Position numbers and translations under genes: made by a program. A DNA stretch of 64,000 bases. Source: Smithellaceae bacterium. Lineage in GTDB: Bacteria > Desulfobacterota > Syntrophia > Syntrophales > Smithellaceae. The notes beneath the pieces are model-generated. The model was not told the origin of the DNA. It ran no database searches and saw only the letters and a program-made list of their open reading frames with translations. Below are positions 7,952 through 17,799 of the stretch, one piece after another. The DNA lies in the NCBI GenBank assembly GCA_963667845.2, contig CAXXVL010000002.1, positions 416,001 to 480,000 on the forward strand, in the 5' to 3' direction. Positions within the stretch are counted from its first letter, which is position 1. Each line of letters begins with the position of its first letter.

Positions 7952-10612
7952 ATGGATCATTATAAATTGTTCATTGACGGGGAGTTCGTAGATGCGGCAA
8001 GCGGTGAAGTTTTCGAGACCATCGATCCGGGAACGGGAGCTCCCTTTGCCACGGTGGCCAAGGCAGGCAAGGCGGATGTGGAAGCGGCAATTGCCGCGGC
8101 CAGAAGGTCTTTTGACAGCGGCATCTGGAGCAATCTCAGCCCCGCCGCCCGCGCGGATAAGGTCTACGATTTTGCCGATCAGGTGGGTCAGCAAACGCTC
8201 AGGCTGGCGGTCACGGAATCGCAGGATGCGGGGCACGTCATCAAACTCTCCAAGTTCTGGGGCATGCTCGGTTCCGGAATGCTGCGCAACCTGGGCTATT
8301 ATGCCAGCCGTGATTTTCCCTGGCAGGAGGAGATCCCCTATTCAGGCAATGTCTTTGCGCCCGGTCGGGAATGGATCCGCCGTGAACCCATCGGTGTCTG
8401 CGTAGGCATCGTGCCCTGGAATTTCCCGGCAAGCATGGCCTTCTGGAAAATCGGTCTGGCCATCATTATGGGCAACAGCATTGTGCTGAAGCCGGCCACA
8501 TCCACCCCGCTCACTGCACTGATCATTGCCGAAGCGGCCAAGGCGGCAGGCATCCCCAACGGCGTTATCAATGTTCTCCCCGGACCGGGCGGGTCGCTGG
8601 GCAAGTTCCTTTGCACACATCCCGACGTAGACAAAATCGCCATCACGGGCAGCACGGAAGTAGGCCGGGAAATCATGAAGATGGCCTCTGATTCGGTGAA
8701 GAAGGTCACTTTGGAACTTGGCGGAAAGTCGGCCAATATTATTCTGGATGATGCGGATATCGATCTGGCCGTGAACGGCGCCTGCTTCGGAACTTTCTTC
8801 CATCAAGGCCAGGTCTGCGAATCGGGAACCCGTGTGCTCGTTGGGGCAAAGATTTACGATGAGTTCGTCGAAAAGATGAAGAAGCGGGCGGAACAAATCC
8901 GCGTGGGCTACCAGCTTCTGCCCGACAGCCATATGGGGCCTCTGGCCAATGCGGCTCAACTGGCCACCGTGGAGTCTTATGTAAAACTGGGTCAGACGGA
9001 AGGCGCCAAGCTCCTCACCGGCGGGAAGCGTGTCGTCATGCCCGGTCTGGAAGGCGGCTACTATTACGCTCCCACAATCTTTACCGATGTTAAGAATTCC
9101 ATGCGCGTTGCCCAGGAAGAAATCTTCGGACCCGTTGTTTGCGTCATCAAATACGACAGTGACGAGGAGGCCGTGGCGATAGCAAATGATTCGATATACG
9201 GCCTCGGAGGAGGCGTCTTTTCCCGCAGCAATGCCCGGGCCGTCCGCATAGCCGAGAAGATCCGCACGGGAACGGTCTGGATCAACAACTATCACATCTT
9301 CGCCGACTTCTGTCCTTTCGGCGGTTACAAGCAATCCGGCGTCGGCCGGGAGCTGGGAGCCGCAGGCCTTGCTGAATATACGCAGATCAAGCGCATTCAC
9401 GTGAACTCCTTTGCCGCGGTGGAGAGCAACTTTACCATGTCGTGCCTCTCCGACGAAACCAAGGTTGCCCTGGTTCAGTATAATTGTCCGACGAATGTCA
9501 TCTCCGGTCACGGGACTCTGCATGCGATTTACAAAGAAATCGTTAATCTCGGATGCAAGCGGGCCCTCATTCTGACTGATCCGGGTGTGCGCAAGGCCGG
9601 GCTGGCAAAGCTCGCGCAGGATGCGCTGGTCGAATTCTGCGTGGGCGTATACGACAATATCGCCCAGGATACGGACCTCGATATCGTGGATGCGGCGACG
9701 GCCACGGCCCGCGAACTCAGAGCGGACTGTATCGTCAGCGTCGGAGGGGGAAGCGTTATTGACACGGCAAAGGCGGTTTGTGTTACTCTGAAAAACGGCG
9801 GGAAAGCCAACGATCACATCGCCATCAACCGTCTGCAGGAGCCGCAGATCCCGCATATTGTCATTCCGACAACCTCGGGAACCGGAAGTGAAGTGACGAG
9901 TGTGGCCGTCATCAAGAGCAAGACGGCCGGACGAAAAGTCTTTTTGGTGGATCCGCGGATTATCCCCAATACTGCAATTCTCGATCCGCAGTTCACCATG
10001 ACGCTGCCGGCCGGATTGACGGCTACAACAGCGTTGGATGCCATGACGCATGCGGTGGAAGCTCTGACCAGCATCATGGCCCAACCCATCTGCGACGGCC
10101 AGGCTCTGCAGGCGATCCGCCTGATTAAAGAAAATTTGCCCAAAGTCATCACAAATCCGAAAGACGGCAAGGCCCGTAACCAGCTGCAGACCGCCGCGAC
10201 GATGGCCGGTTGGGCCTTCACCATCGCCCAGGTCGGCCTGGCTCATGCCATGGCCCACACGGTGGGCATTCTCTATAATGTGCCTCACGGTGCAGCCTGC
10301 GGTATCGTTTTACCCGCGGTGATGCGTTTCAATGTTGATTTCGCCGCCGATAAACTGGCGATGGTTGCCCAGGCGATGGGCGTGAATACCGCCGGAATGG
10401 ATGACAAAACAGCAGCATTGGCCGCGGCCGACGCTGTTGAAAAATTGATGAAAGAGGCAGGCCATCCCCTGCGTCTGCGCGACGTCGGCGTACCCCAGGA
10501 CGGTCTCGACGTTGCCGCATTCCACGCCATCTGCGATACCGCGGCCCTTTTCAATGCACGGCCCGTTTCGGATCCCGGGGAAGTGGCGGCTCTGTATAAG
10601 CAGGTGTATTAA
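7952..10612 (+). CDS. Fusion of NAD(P)-dependent aldehyde dehydrogenase and iron-containing alcohol dehydrogenase
   Basis: N-half: PWNFP, KPA, TGSTEVG, LELGGKS, HQGQVC, EEIFGPV, PFGGYKQSG. C-half: GGGSVIDTAK, PTTSGTGSEVT, DAMTHAVE, GLAHAMAH, PHG. ATG at 7952 follows GGAGGG. Confidence 0.93.
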   Translation: MDHYKLFIDGEFVDAASGEVFETIDPGTGAPFATVAKAGKADVEAAIAAARRSFDSGIWSNLSPAARADKVYDFADQVGQQTLRLAVTESQDAGHVIKLSKFWGMLGSGMLRNLGYYASRDFPWQEEIPYSGNVFAPGREWIRREPIGVCVGIVPWNFPASMAFWKIGLAIIMGNSIVLKPATSTPLTALIIAEAAKAAGIPNGVINVLPGPGGSLGKFLCTHPDVDKIAITGSTEVGREIMKMASDSVKKVTLELGGKSANIILDDADIDLAVNGACFGTFFHQGQVCESGTRVLVGAKIYDEFVEKMKKRAEQIRVGYQLLPDSHMGPLANAAQLATVESYVKLGQTEGAKLLTGGKRVVMPGLEGGYYYAPTIFTDVKNSMRVAQEEIFGPVVCVIKYDSDEEAVAIANDSIYGLGGGVFSRSNARAVRIAEKIRTGTVWINNYHIFADFCPFGGYKQSGVGRELGAAGLAEYTQIKRIHVNSFAAVESNFTMSCLSDETKVALVQYNCPTNVISGHGTLHAIYKEIVNLGCKRALILTDPGVRKAGLAKLAQDALVEFCVGVYDNIAQDTDLDIVDAATATARELRADCIVSVGGGSVIDTAKAVCVTLKNGGKANDHIAINRLQEPQIPHIVIPTTSGTGSEVTSVAVIKSKTAGRKVFLVDPRIIPNTAILDPQFTMTLPAGLTATTALDAMTHAVEALTSIMAQPICDGQALQAIRLIKENLPKVITNPKDGKARNQLQTAATMAGWAFTIAQVGLAHAMAHTVGILYNVPHGAACGIVLPAVMRFNVDFAADKLAMVAQAMGVNTAGMDDKTAALAAADAVEKLMKEAGHPLRLRDVGVPQDGLDVAAFHAICDTAALFNARPVSDPGEVAALYKQVY

Positions 10613-10623
10613 GGAAAAGGAGT

Positions 10624-10782
10624 TTAGGCTGTAGACTGAAAATAGGTTAATAGGCTATAGGCTTTTAGACTGTCAGGTTAAAGGGTGCGGCGCCGAAAGC
10701 GCCGTTATCCAAACATAAAAAACAGCCGAAGGCCTTCAAAATAAACCTAAATCCCTAATAGCCTACAGGCTAATAGACTAAG
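10624..10782. repeat. Inverted arrays of degenerate TAGGCT/TAGACT short repeats
   Basis: taggct gtagact...taggtt aataggct ataggct tttagact on the left; aacagcc...aaacct aaatccct aatagcct acaggct aatagact on the right. Confidence 0.6.
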
Positions 10783-10790
10783 AAAATGAA

Positions 10791-10824
10791 AAAAAGGGGT
10801 TGTGAAAGTTCGCAACCCCTTTTT
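10791..10824. terminator. Bidirectional intrinsic terminator
   Basis: AAAAAGGGGTTGTGAA-AG-TTCGCAACCCCTTTTT between convergent genes, with A/T tails on both sides. Confidence 0.85.
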
Positions 10825-10848
10825 CTTATAAGAATAAACTTTTATTTT

Positions 10849-12708
10849 CTAGATCGTGAAACCCAGGTCGACCAGTTCCAGAGCACTCTTGTCACCGGCT
10901 TTGATAGCTTCGCACCGCGCTTTGACGGTCGTAAGGCTGTCGTTGGCAAAGAACTTTGCCGAAGCCACACGGCCCGCGTAGAAAGCGGCTTCCTGATCTT
11001 CTCTCTGGAAACCCTTCTGTTTACCAATGCTCGTCAGACCTTTTGCTTCATACATGGCGTTCAATTTCCCCTGGGCGATGGCGGCTGCGTCGAGCAGGAA
11101 GTAACCGACGACCAGGTCGCCGAAGATTTCCAGGAATTTGCTGGCGTTATAAATAGGCGCCAGGAAATCGCCGGATTTGCCGGCACCGGCAAAGAACATG
11201 GTCAGATCGATGACCGCATTCAATGCTTCTTCCACCGTGGCGGCAACTTTGGCGAATTCGGCGTTGTTCTTGTGTTTGGCAATGCCCTGTCCAATCAGGC
11301 CGGCCAGATTCATAACATTCGCGCCTTTGCGCTGGCCCAGTTTACGGCCGACGAGATCGAGCGCCTGGATGCCGTTGGTTCCTTCGTAGATGCAGGCGAT
11401 CTTTTCGTCGCGGACAAACTGTTCCACCGGGTATTCGGAGCAGAAGCCGTAACCGCCGTAAATGTCCATCGCCATTGAGCAGACCAGGAAGCCCTTGTCA
11501 CTGCAGTAGGCCTTGATAATCGGCGTCAAGAGTTCGATGTAGCCTTCCCAGTTGGCTTTTTCCTCTTCCGTCTTCGAGATCTTGCTCATGTCCATGCAAT
11601 TCGCGACGAAATAGCACATGGAACGCATGCCTTCCACAAGGGATTTCATCCACATCAGTTTTTTGCGGATATCGGGGTGATTGATGATGGCCACTGCTTT
11701 GGCGGCAGGGTTTTTCATTTCCCAAATCGGCGTGCCCTGAATGCGCTCTTTGGCATAAGCCACAGCGTGTTGATAGCTGGCCGAAGAAAGACAGAGTCCC
11801 TGCATACCGATGCCCAAACGCGCTTCGTTCATCATCTGGAACATGACCTTCAGACCGGAGCGTTCCTCACCGAGCAGTTCGCCGATGCACTTTCCGTCTT
11901 CACCGAAGTTTAACGTACAGGTGGCATTTCCTTTGATACCCATTTTATGCTCGACACCACCGCACTTCACATCATTGGATTCACCCACGGAACCATCTTC
12001 TTTAACCGTATATTTGGGAACGATAAAAATGGAGATCCCTTTGGTTCCGGCCGGATCGCCTTCGATGCGTGCCAGAACGGGATGGATGATGTTCGGGGCC
12101 AGATCATGGTCACCGGCGGAGATGAAGCACTTGGTGCCCGTAATAAGGAATTTCCCATCGGGAAGACGCTTAGCGGTGGTTTTCAAGGCGCCGACATCGG
12201 AGCCCGCGCCCGGTTCGGTGAGACACATCGTCCCGGTCCATTCGCCGGCAAACATCTTCAGCATGTATTTGTTTTTCTGCTCTTCAGAGCCGTATGTGTT
12301 GATCATATTGGCTGCGCCGTGCGTCAACCCGCCGTACATGCCGAAGGCGTAGTTGGCCGCGGCCATGGTTTCCAGCGTGGCCCAGCCCGCACAGTGGGGC
12401 AGACCCTGTCCGCCGACATCGGGAGAATCCATCGGGTTGATCCAGCCGCCTTCGGTATATTTTTTCCAGGGTTCACGGAAACACTTGGGAACGGTGACGA
12501 CGCCGTCTTTCAGGTGAGCGCCTTCTTCTCCTTCTTTCAAAGTCGGGAAGATGACATTGACGGCCAACTTTTCGGCTTCATTCATAATCATCAGAATGTC
12601 ATCCTTGGAATACCCTCCGTACTCTTCTGATGCAAAAATTTTGTCCATGCCGAATTGTTCAAAAAGAACAAACTGCTGATCACGAGTGTTTACTAATAAA
12701 TTGCCCAT
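10849..12708 (-). CDS. Acyl-CoA dehydrogenase (long, about 600-aa type)
   Basis: TGTMCLTEPGAGSDVG, ITGTKCFIS, EHKMGIKGNATC, MFQMMNEARL, YGGYGF, IYEGTNGIQALDL. Confidence 0.95.
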   Translation of the reverse strand: MGNLLVNTRDQQFVLFEQFGMDKIFASEEYGGYSKDDILMIMNEAEKLAVNVIFPTLKEGEEGAHLKDGVVTVPKCFREPWKKYTEGGWINPMDSPDVGGQGLPHCAGWATLETMAAANYAFGMYGGLTHGAANMINTYGSEEQKNKYMLKMFAGEWTGTMCLTEPGAGSDVGALKTTAKRLPDGKFLITGTKCFISAGDHDLAPNIIHPVLARIEGDPAGTKGISIFIVPKYTVKEDGSVGESNDVKCGGVEHKMGIKGNATCTLNFGEDGKCIGELLGEERSGLKVMFQMMNEARLGIGMQGLCLSSASYQHAVAYAKERIQGTPIWEMKNPAAKAVAIINHPDIRKKLMWMKSLVEGMRSMCYFVANCMDMSKISKTEEEKANWEGYIELLTPIIKAYCSDKGFLVCSMAMDIYGGYGFCSEYPVEQFVRDEKIACIYEGTNGIQALDLVGRKLGQRKGANVMNLAGLIGQGIAKHKNNAEFAKVAATVEEALNAVIDLTMFFAGAGKSGDFLAPIYNASKFLEIFGDLVVGYFLLDAAAIAQGKLNAMYEAKGLTSIGKQKGFQREDQEAAFYAGRVASAKFFANDSLTTVKARCEAIKAGDKSALELVDLGFTI

Positions 12709-12919
12709 AACTAACTCCCTTCTTTTGTGTTTTGGAATTTCAAACGTTTAGAACGTCAGTTTAAGTCATTATTCCTATTCCGGACGGCCTGTGGATTTGT
12801 AAGATGGGAATGCATTCGTTCCGGCCGAAATATATTTCAGAGGTTTTCACGACCCTTACAGAATACAAAACGATTTGGAAGCATCTGCCTATGGCTCTTC
12901 AGCCTCTTACTATTTAATG

Positions 12920-12949
12920 ACTATAATTCCAAACTTGACCGAAAGTCAA
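12920..12949 (-). promoter_or_regulatory. Promoter of the acyl-CoA dehydrogenase with an overlapping palindromic operator
   Basis: Minus strand TTGACT-18 nt-TATAGT; palindrome TTGAC-CGAAA-GTCAA (12935-12949) covers the -35 element. Confidence 0.6.
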
Positions 12950-13025
12950 TAAAAATAATAAAAAACGAGATGCACTGATCATTCTTTTTCAGTTGATGGG
13001 ACAGGATGATTAATCCGGAAAGATT

Positions 13026-15209
13026 CTACTTCTTATCATTATGATATTCATAATATTTTGCCGTTTTAACCAGCGCGGAGACCGCCTTGGGGAGCCCTTT
13101 ATAAACCGGAATGCCGGCCGACATCAGAATATTTTCGAAAACGGGAATCCATTTCCTGATTTCCTCGGATGGCTGATACTGACGCCAGACGACCATCATG
13201 GGTTTTCCATGGGTATGCTTCTGTCCTTCGCAGGCCAGGTACGAGGCGACGGTTTCAATATAGGCACCGCCGGGCGCCTTGTTGAAAAGCCAGTCAAAAG
13301 GAACGGAAATGATATAATTATCGATTTCACCGCTTTGGGAGAGGAGATCCAGCACTTCACTCATCAGCGGCAGATTAATGAAGGCGATGACGGCATCAAT
13401 CGGGTTACGGATCATGGCTCCGGCCGGCGGAATCAACTTTCTGAGTTTCCGCGTCAGGTTTTCCGAAAGAGCCGGAAGCGCCAGGTTCGCTTTGGCACAA
13501 TTGTCCGCAACGGACACGCCGATGCCCCCACCGAATCCCAGAACGGCCGTTTTCCTTCCCCGGACTCTTCCCAGGCGATGAAACGCCTGCGTGACATCGG
13601 CCATTTCTTCCAGGGACTCTACCTGGACCGCTCCGGTTTGCTGGAAAAAGGACTTCCAGATCTTCTCTCCGCCGGCCAGTGAGCCGGTATGCGAAGACAC
13701 GGCCCTGGCTCCCGATTCCGTGAGCCCGCTTTTATAGATGATTACGGGCTTGCGGCGATTGACTTCCGTGACCAGATCTCTGAGGAGCCGTCCGTCCTTC
13801 ACGCCCTCGAGATACATCGTAATGATTCTGGTTTCCTCGTCGTGTGCCAGATAATCGAGAAAATCGGTGCAGTCCAGCGTCAAAGCGTTGCCGTAACTGA
13901 CGGATTTGCTGAAATGGATACGGTAATGATCTGTAAGATAATTTGTAAAATCCTGGGCATTGCCGCCGCTCTGGCTGATCAGGGAAACAGGTCCGCTCTC
14001 ATGAGATGCGGCTTCCCAGGTCAAGAGACGGGTTTGGGGAACGTAGAATCCCATGCAATTGGGGCCGATGACGCGCAGTCCGCCCCGTCGGGCAATCGTT
14101 TCAATTTCCTGCTGCAGCCTGATCCCTTCCTCTTCACCTGATTCTTTGAAACCGGAACTGAAGATATGGACATTCTTATTGCCTGTAACGACGCATTCTT
14201 TCAAAACATCCGGAACCAGCGGCCCGGGAATGGAGATGATAACGAGATCCACCGCCTCAGGCAACGACGTCAGATTGGGATAAGCCTTTAAACCGTCGAT
14301 TTCTTCAAGCTTCGGGTTAATCGGATAAAGCCTTCCCCGATAGCCGAAATTTTTCATGCATCCGAACATCCCCGAAAACCCGCCGGCTCCCGGCCGTGTG
14401 GCGCCGACGACGGCGACCGATTCGGCATGAGTCATGACGTCGAGGGCGGCGCGAATTTCCGCTGATCTCTTGCTCAGCGCGCCTTCGCTCGGGGTTTCGT
14501 CGGTGCGTACGGCCTTGCGCTCATCAAGTACAATGAGAGCGTCGACGGCCACGACTTTTCCCTTCGGGGTAACAATCAGCGGATTGATATCCACTTCTCT
14601 GATGCTGGGTTGTTCCATCCCTAGTTTTGCCACGCCAAGTAAAACATCCGTCAACTGATCGAGATCGGCCGGAGCTTCTCCGCGAAAATTTTCCAAAAGG
14701 TTGCGAGACTTGATTTCTCGGATCATCCGATGGGCCTCTCTCTCATCAAACGGAGCGATGCGGAAAGTCGTATCGGCCAGCGCTTCGGTAAAAATACCGC
14801 CGAGGCCAAACATGACGACCGGGCCAAACTGAGCATCACGGAACATTCCGACGACAAATTCACGGCTCCCCTGAATACATGGAGAAATGAGGCATCCTTC
14901 CCAATCAGCACCTGCCGACTTTTTGATGGCGCGAAAAGCCTCGCGAATTTCTGCAGACGATTTCAGGTTTGTTTTGACCAGTCCGCGTTCCGTTTTATGG
15001 GTGAGTTTCGCACCATGACCTTTCACTACGACGGGAAATCCGATTTTTTGCGCATATAAAACGGCATCGTTCACCGTTGTGACGATTTTGTCTTTCACAA
15101 CCGGCACACCGTAATCTTTCAATAATTTTTTAGACTCAGCCTCCGTCATGGATAGCCGCCCTTCCGCTTTAACCTGCTTAATCAGTTTGTCTGCGCTCGT
15201 CATTTGCAT
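13026..15209 (-). CDS. ADP-forming acetate/acyl-CoA ligase, fused beta(ATP-grasp)-alpha(CoA-binding) order
   Basis: N-terminal ATP-grasp (HKTERGLV, FGPVVMFGLGGIF, DINPL, AVDA), then VAVVGA, IGPNCMG, ISQSGG and the catalytic His in SSHTGSLAG. Confidence 0.92.
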   Translation of the reverse strand: MQMTSADKLIKQVKAEGRLSMTEAESKKLLKDYGVPVVKDKIVTTVNDAVLYAQKIGFPVVVKGHGAKLTHKTERGLVKTNLKSSAEIREAFRAIKKSAGADWEGCLISPCIQGSREFVVGMFRDAQFGPVVMFGLGGIFTEALADTTFRIAPFDEREAHRMIREIKSRNLLENFRGEAPADLDQLTDVLLGVAKLGMEQPSIREVDINPLIVTPKGKVVAVDALIVLDERKAVRTDETPSEGALSKRSAEIRAALDVMTHAESVAVVGATRPGAGGFSGMFGCMKNFGYRGRLYPINPKLEEIDGLKAYPNLTSLPEAVDLVIISIPGPLVPDVLKECVVTGNKNVHIFSSGFKESGEEEGIRLQQEIETIARRGGLRVIGPNCMGFYVPQTRLLTWEAASHESGPVSLISQSGGNAQDFTNYLTDHYRIHFSKSVSYGNALTLDCTDFLDYLAHDEETRIITMYLEGVKDGRLLRDLVTEVNRRKPVIIYKSGLTESGARAVSSHTGSLAGGEKIWKSFFQQTGAVQVESLEEMADVTQAFHRLGRVRGRKTAVLGFGGGIGVSVADNCAKANLALPALSENLTRKLRKLIPPAGAMIRNPIDAVIAFINLPLMSEVLDLLSQSGEIDNYIISVPFDWLFNKAPGGAYIETVASYLACEGQKHTHGKPMMVVWRQYQPSEEIRKWIPVFENILMSAGIPVYKGLPKAVSALVKTAKYYEYHNDKK

Positions 15210-15940
15210 TTCTTTTTTCCTTCGCTCTTTATAGTCATGGCCTCCGCAATCAGCCCCTCGGCAAGGCGGAGTGTATTTTCGGTGAGAGATTTATTTTTGC
15301 GATCAAAATGCTTTGCGTCCTCCAATTGGATCACGCCGACAAGAAGGCCCCAGATAACGTCGGCCATCTCGTAAACATTCACCTCTTTGATGAGCCCCAG
15401 CTCCATCCCCTTCGTCAGAATCTGCCGGCTCAAGACAAAGTTTGCCCGTCCTTTATCGTTCAGCGCCGTTCGGACTTCCGGCCGCAACTCACCCATGAGT
15501 CCCTGCTGTTGAAACAACTGAATGATCCGGAAGGTTTCCGGCAGGTGCTCGTAGCCGTGATAGAAGGCCCCAAAGACAGCTCTGATCAGACTGGCGCCAT
15601 CATTGATTTCTCCGGTCTGCAGACTTTTCTCGACGATCTGAAGCTGCTCGCGGACATCATCGATAAGGGGCATCATGAGTGTGAAGAAAAGATCATCTTT
15701 GGCTTTGAAATAAAGATAAATGGTGGGTTTGGTCACTTCCGCCGCCAGTGCGATATCATCCATCGTGGCTTTTAAGTAGCCTTTGGCGGTGAAAACTTTT
15801 TTCGCCGCCTCGATGATGCTCTGAATCCGCTGGGCTTTTTCGCGATCTCTTCTTTGCTGGCAGATTGCTTTATGCTGATCTTCTGGTATCAATTTCCAAT
15901 TTCCCGCTGCGGCCGCCCTCCTTTTGCTGACTTTACGCAA
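15200..15940 (-). CDS. TetR/AcrR-family transcriptional regulator (start uncertain)
   Basis: IIEAAKKVFTAKGYLKATMDDIALAAEVTKPTIYLYFKAKDDLF HTH. The stop overlaps the ligase start. Confidence 0.92.
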   Translation of the reverse strand: MRKVSKRRAAAAGNWKLIPEDQHKAICQQRRDREKAQRIQSIIEAAKKVFTAKGYLKATMDDIALAAEVTKPTIYLYFKAKDDLFFTLMMPLIDDVREQLQIVEKSLQTGEINDGASLIRAVFGAFYHGYEHLPETFRIIQLFQQQGLMGELRPEVRTALNDKGRANFVLSRQILTKGMELGLIKEVNVYEMADVIWGLLVGVIQLEDAKHFDRKNKSLTENTLRLAEGLIAEAMTIKSEGKKKCK

Positions 15941-15958
15941 TGAGCGACAGCCCTGAAC

Positions 15959-15989
15959 TTACTGACGGTAAAGTTGTTACCATAAGTAA
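15959..15989. promoter_or_regulatory. Tandem TTAC-N5-GTAA palindromes, candidate TetR auto-operators
   Basis: TTAC-TGACG-GTAA (15959-15971) and TTAC-CATAA-GTAA (15977-15989), just downstream of a minus-strand TTGACT at 16002-15997. Confidence 0.55.
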
Positions 15990-16152
15990 AGGATGCAGTC
16001 AATAGGCGCTTTAGGTCCAGAAAATAATATTGTATTGACTCATGGCTCCATTCTTCCTATACTCCCTCTCACATTTTTAGAGTATCTTGTTCAATATCCA
16101 CGAGAAAACCTGCAGGAGGCCCGAAGGTCTTACCTGCGGAAAGGCAAACACC

Positions 16153-16596
16153 ATGTTGGATTGGTCCTTCTCACCGGCTGCGGTCTGGGCGGTCGTCGGC
16201 CTGCTTCTCCTGGTTGCCGAGCTGGCGACAGTCACTTTTATTCTTAGTTTCATCGGCCTGGGCGCATTGATTGCCGCTTTGACGACCTGGATCGGACTTA
16301 CTTCATCGCTGGGCAGTCAGTTAATCGTTTTTTCAGCATCCTCTCTGTTGTTGTTGCTGCTGCTTCGTAAAACGGCTAAAAAACTTTTTGCGGGGCATGC
16401 CGATCGCCCGCCGGATTACGCAGGGCAGAAGGTTCACGTCATTCGGCCGATACCGGCCGGCGGCGAAGGAGCAATCCAGTATCGCGGCTCGGACTGGATT
16501 GCATTTTCCGAGTCAGCACAAACCATTCCCGAAGGCGCCGTCGTGCAGATTGAGGCGATGGAAGGCATTCGCGTTAAGGTTAAACCTGTCGAATAG
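16153..16596 (+). CDS. NfeD-family membrane protein (short form)
   Basis: Hydrophobic N-terminus W..GLLLLVAEL, OB-fold tail G.IQYRGSDWIA...VQIEAMEGIRVKVKP, directly upstream of an SPFH gene. Confidence 0.9.
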   Translation: MLDWSFSPAAVWAVVGLLLLVAELATVTFILSFIGLGALIAALTTWIGLTSSLGSQLIVFSASSLLLLLLLRKTAKKLFAGHADRPPDYAGQKVHVIRPIPAGGEGAIQYRGSDWIAFSESAQTIPEGAVVQIEAMEGIRVKVKPVE

Positions 16597-16617
16597 ACTA
16601 ATTTAGGAGGAAGGTTC

Positions 16618-17526
16618 ATGGAAATTGTTTTGATTGTCGTAGCATTACTGGCCGTGATTTTCATCGCCAAAGGAGTTTGCATCGTCCCGCAGCAAAGCGC
16701 CTACGTCGTTGAAAGGCTCGGGAAATTTGACCGGGTACTCAACGCCGGCATCAGTTACATCATCCCGTTCATTGACCGGAAGGCTTACGTACATACGCTC
16801 AAAGAACAGGCTATGGACATTCCCGAACAGATTTGCATCACCCGCGACAACGTCCAGGTCGGCGTGGACGGCGTCATCTTTATTCAGGTCTTCGATCCGC
16901 ACATGGCGTCTTACGGCATCAGCAATTACATGTTTTCAATCATCCAGCTGGCACAAACCACCATGAGAAGCGAAGTCGGCAAGATCGATCTGGATAAAAC
17001 CTTCGAAGAACGCACCACCATTAATTCCGCCATTGTCAATGCCATCAATGATGCCTCCAGAACCTGGGGCGTTAAAATCCTGCGTTACGAAATCAAAAAC
17101 ATTCGGCCTCCGGAGAATGTGCTGAACGCCATGGAAAAACAGATGCAGGCCGAACGGGAGAAACGCGCGGTGATTCTTCAATCGGAAGGCGAAAAGCAGT
17201 CAGCCGTCAATGTGGCCGAAGGCCAGAAGCAGAAAGTGGTGCTGGAATCGGAAGCCGTGCGTCAAAAGCAGATTAATGAGGCAACCGGCCAGGCGGAGGC
17301 CATCCGTGCAATCGCGAATGCTACGGCCGACGGTTTGAAAGCAGTCGCGACAGCGGTGCAGGCCCAGGGCGGCATGGAGGCGGTGCAGCTGCGCGTGGCG
17401 GAAAAACTGGTCGAGCAGTTCGGCCACCTGGCCAAACAGGGAAACACGCTCATTCTGCCGGCCAACTTCGGTGACATTTCATCGCTCATCGCTACGGCCA
17501 TGAGTGTGGTCAAACAGACGAAATAA
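16618..17526 (+). CDS. SPFH/stomatin-like (QmcA/paraslipin) protein
   Basis: IVPQQSAYVVERLGKF, ITRDNVQVGVDG, AQTTMRSEVG, WGVKILRYEIK, QMQAEREKRA. Confidence 0.95.
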   Translation: MEIVLIVVALLAVIFIAKGVCIVPQQSAYVVERLGKFDRVLNAGISYIIPFIDRKAYVHTLKEQAMDIPEQICITRDNVQVGVDGVIFIQVFDPHMASYGISNYMFSIIQLAQTTMRSEVGKIDLDKTFEERTTINSAIVNAINDASRTWGVKILRYEIKNIRPPENVLNAMEKQMQAEREKRAVILQSEGEKQSAVNVAEGQKQKVVLESEAVRQKQINEATGQAEAIRAIANATADGLKAVATAVQAQGGMEAVQLRVAEKLVEQFGHLAKQGNTLILPANFGDISSLIATAMSVVKQTK

Positions 17527-17532
17527 TTTCCT

Positions 17533-17564
17533 GCGGGCGGATGAACCTCCGCCCGCTTTCTTTT
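17533..17564 (+). terminator. Intrinsic terminator
   Basis: GCGGGCGGA-n6-TCCGCCCGC followed by TTTCTTTT. Confidence 0.8.
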
Positions 17565-17799
17565 CCCCCTTCAAGAGTTCACGTTCCGCCCTCGCACTTC
17601 TTCGCATAACAGCACACCAGGTGACTATGCCTGAATGGAGCTTTGATGCCGGGATCCCGACTCTTTAAGTGAACCCGTTTTCAGAAAACGATCAAAATGG
17701 TCGAGCTCTAACCTGACCTGTGGTAAACTATCCGGAGTCAGGTTATTCAAGGCGTCCCCTCAAACGGGCAGCCGCCGTATTGCACAAAAGGAATAGGAC

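Noticed and set aside
8342..10288. 648-aa antisense ORF
   Set aside because: Lies wholly opposite the motif-rich ALDH-ADH gene and has no recognisable motifs; a typical codon-bias shadow. The same applies to 6459-7517, 39050-40021, 44883-45767, 53897-55018 and other overlapping ORFs.
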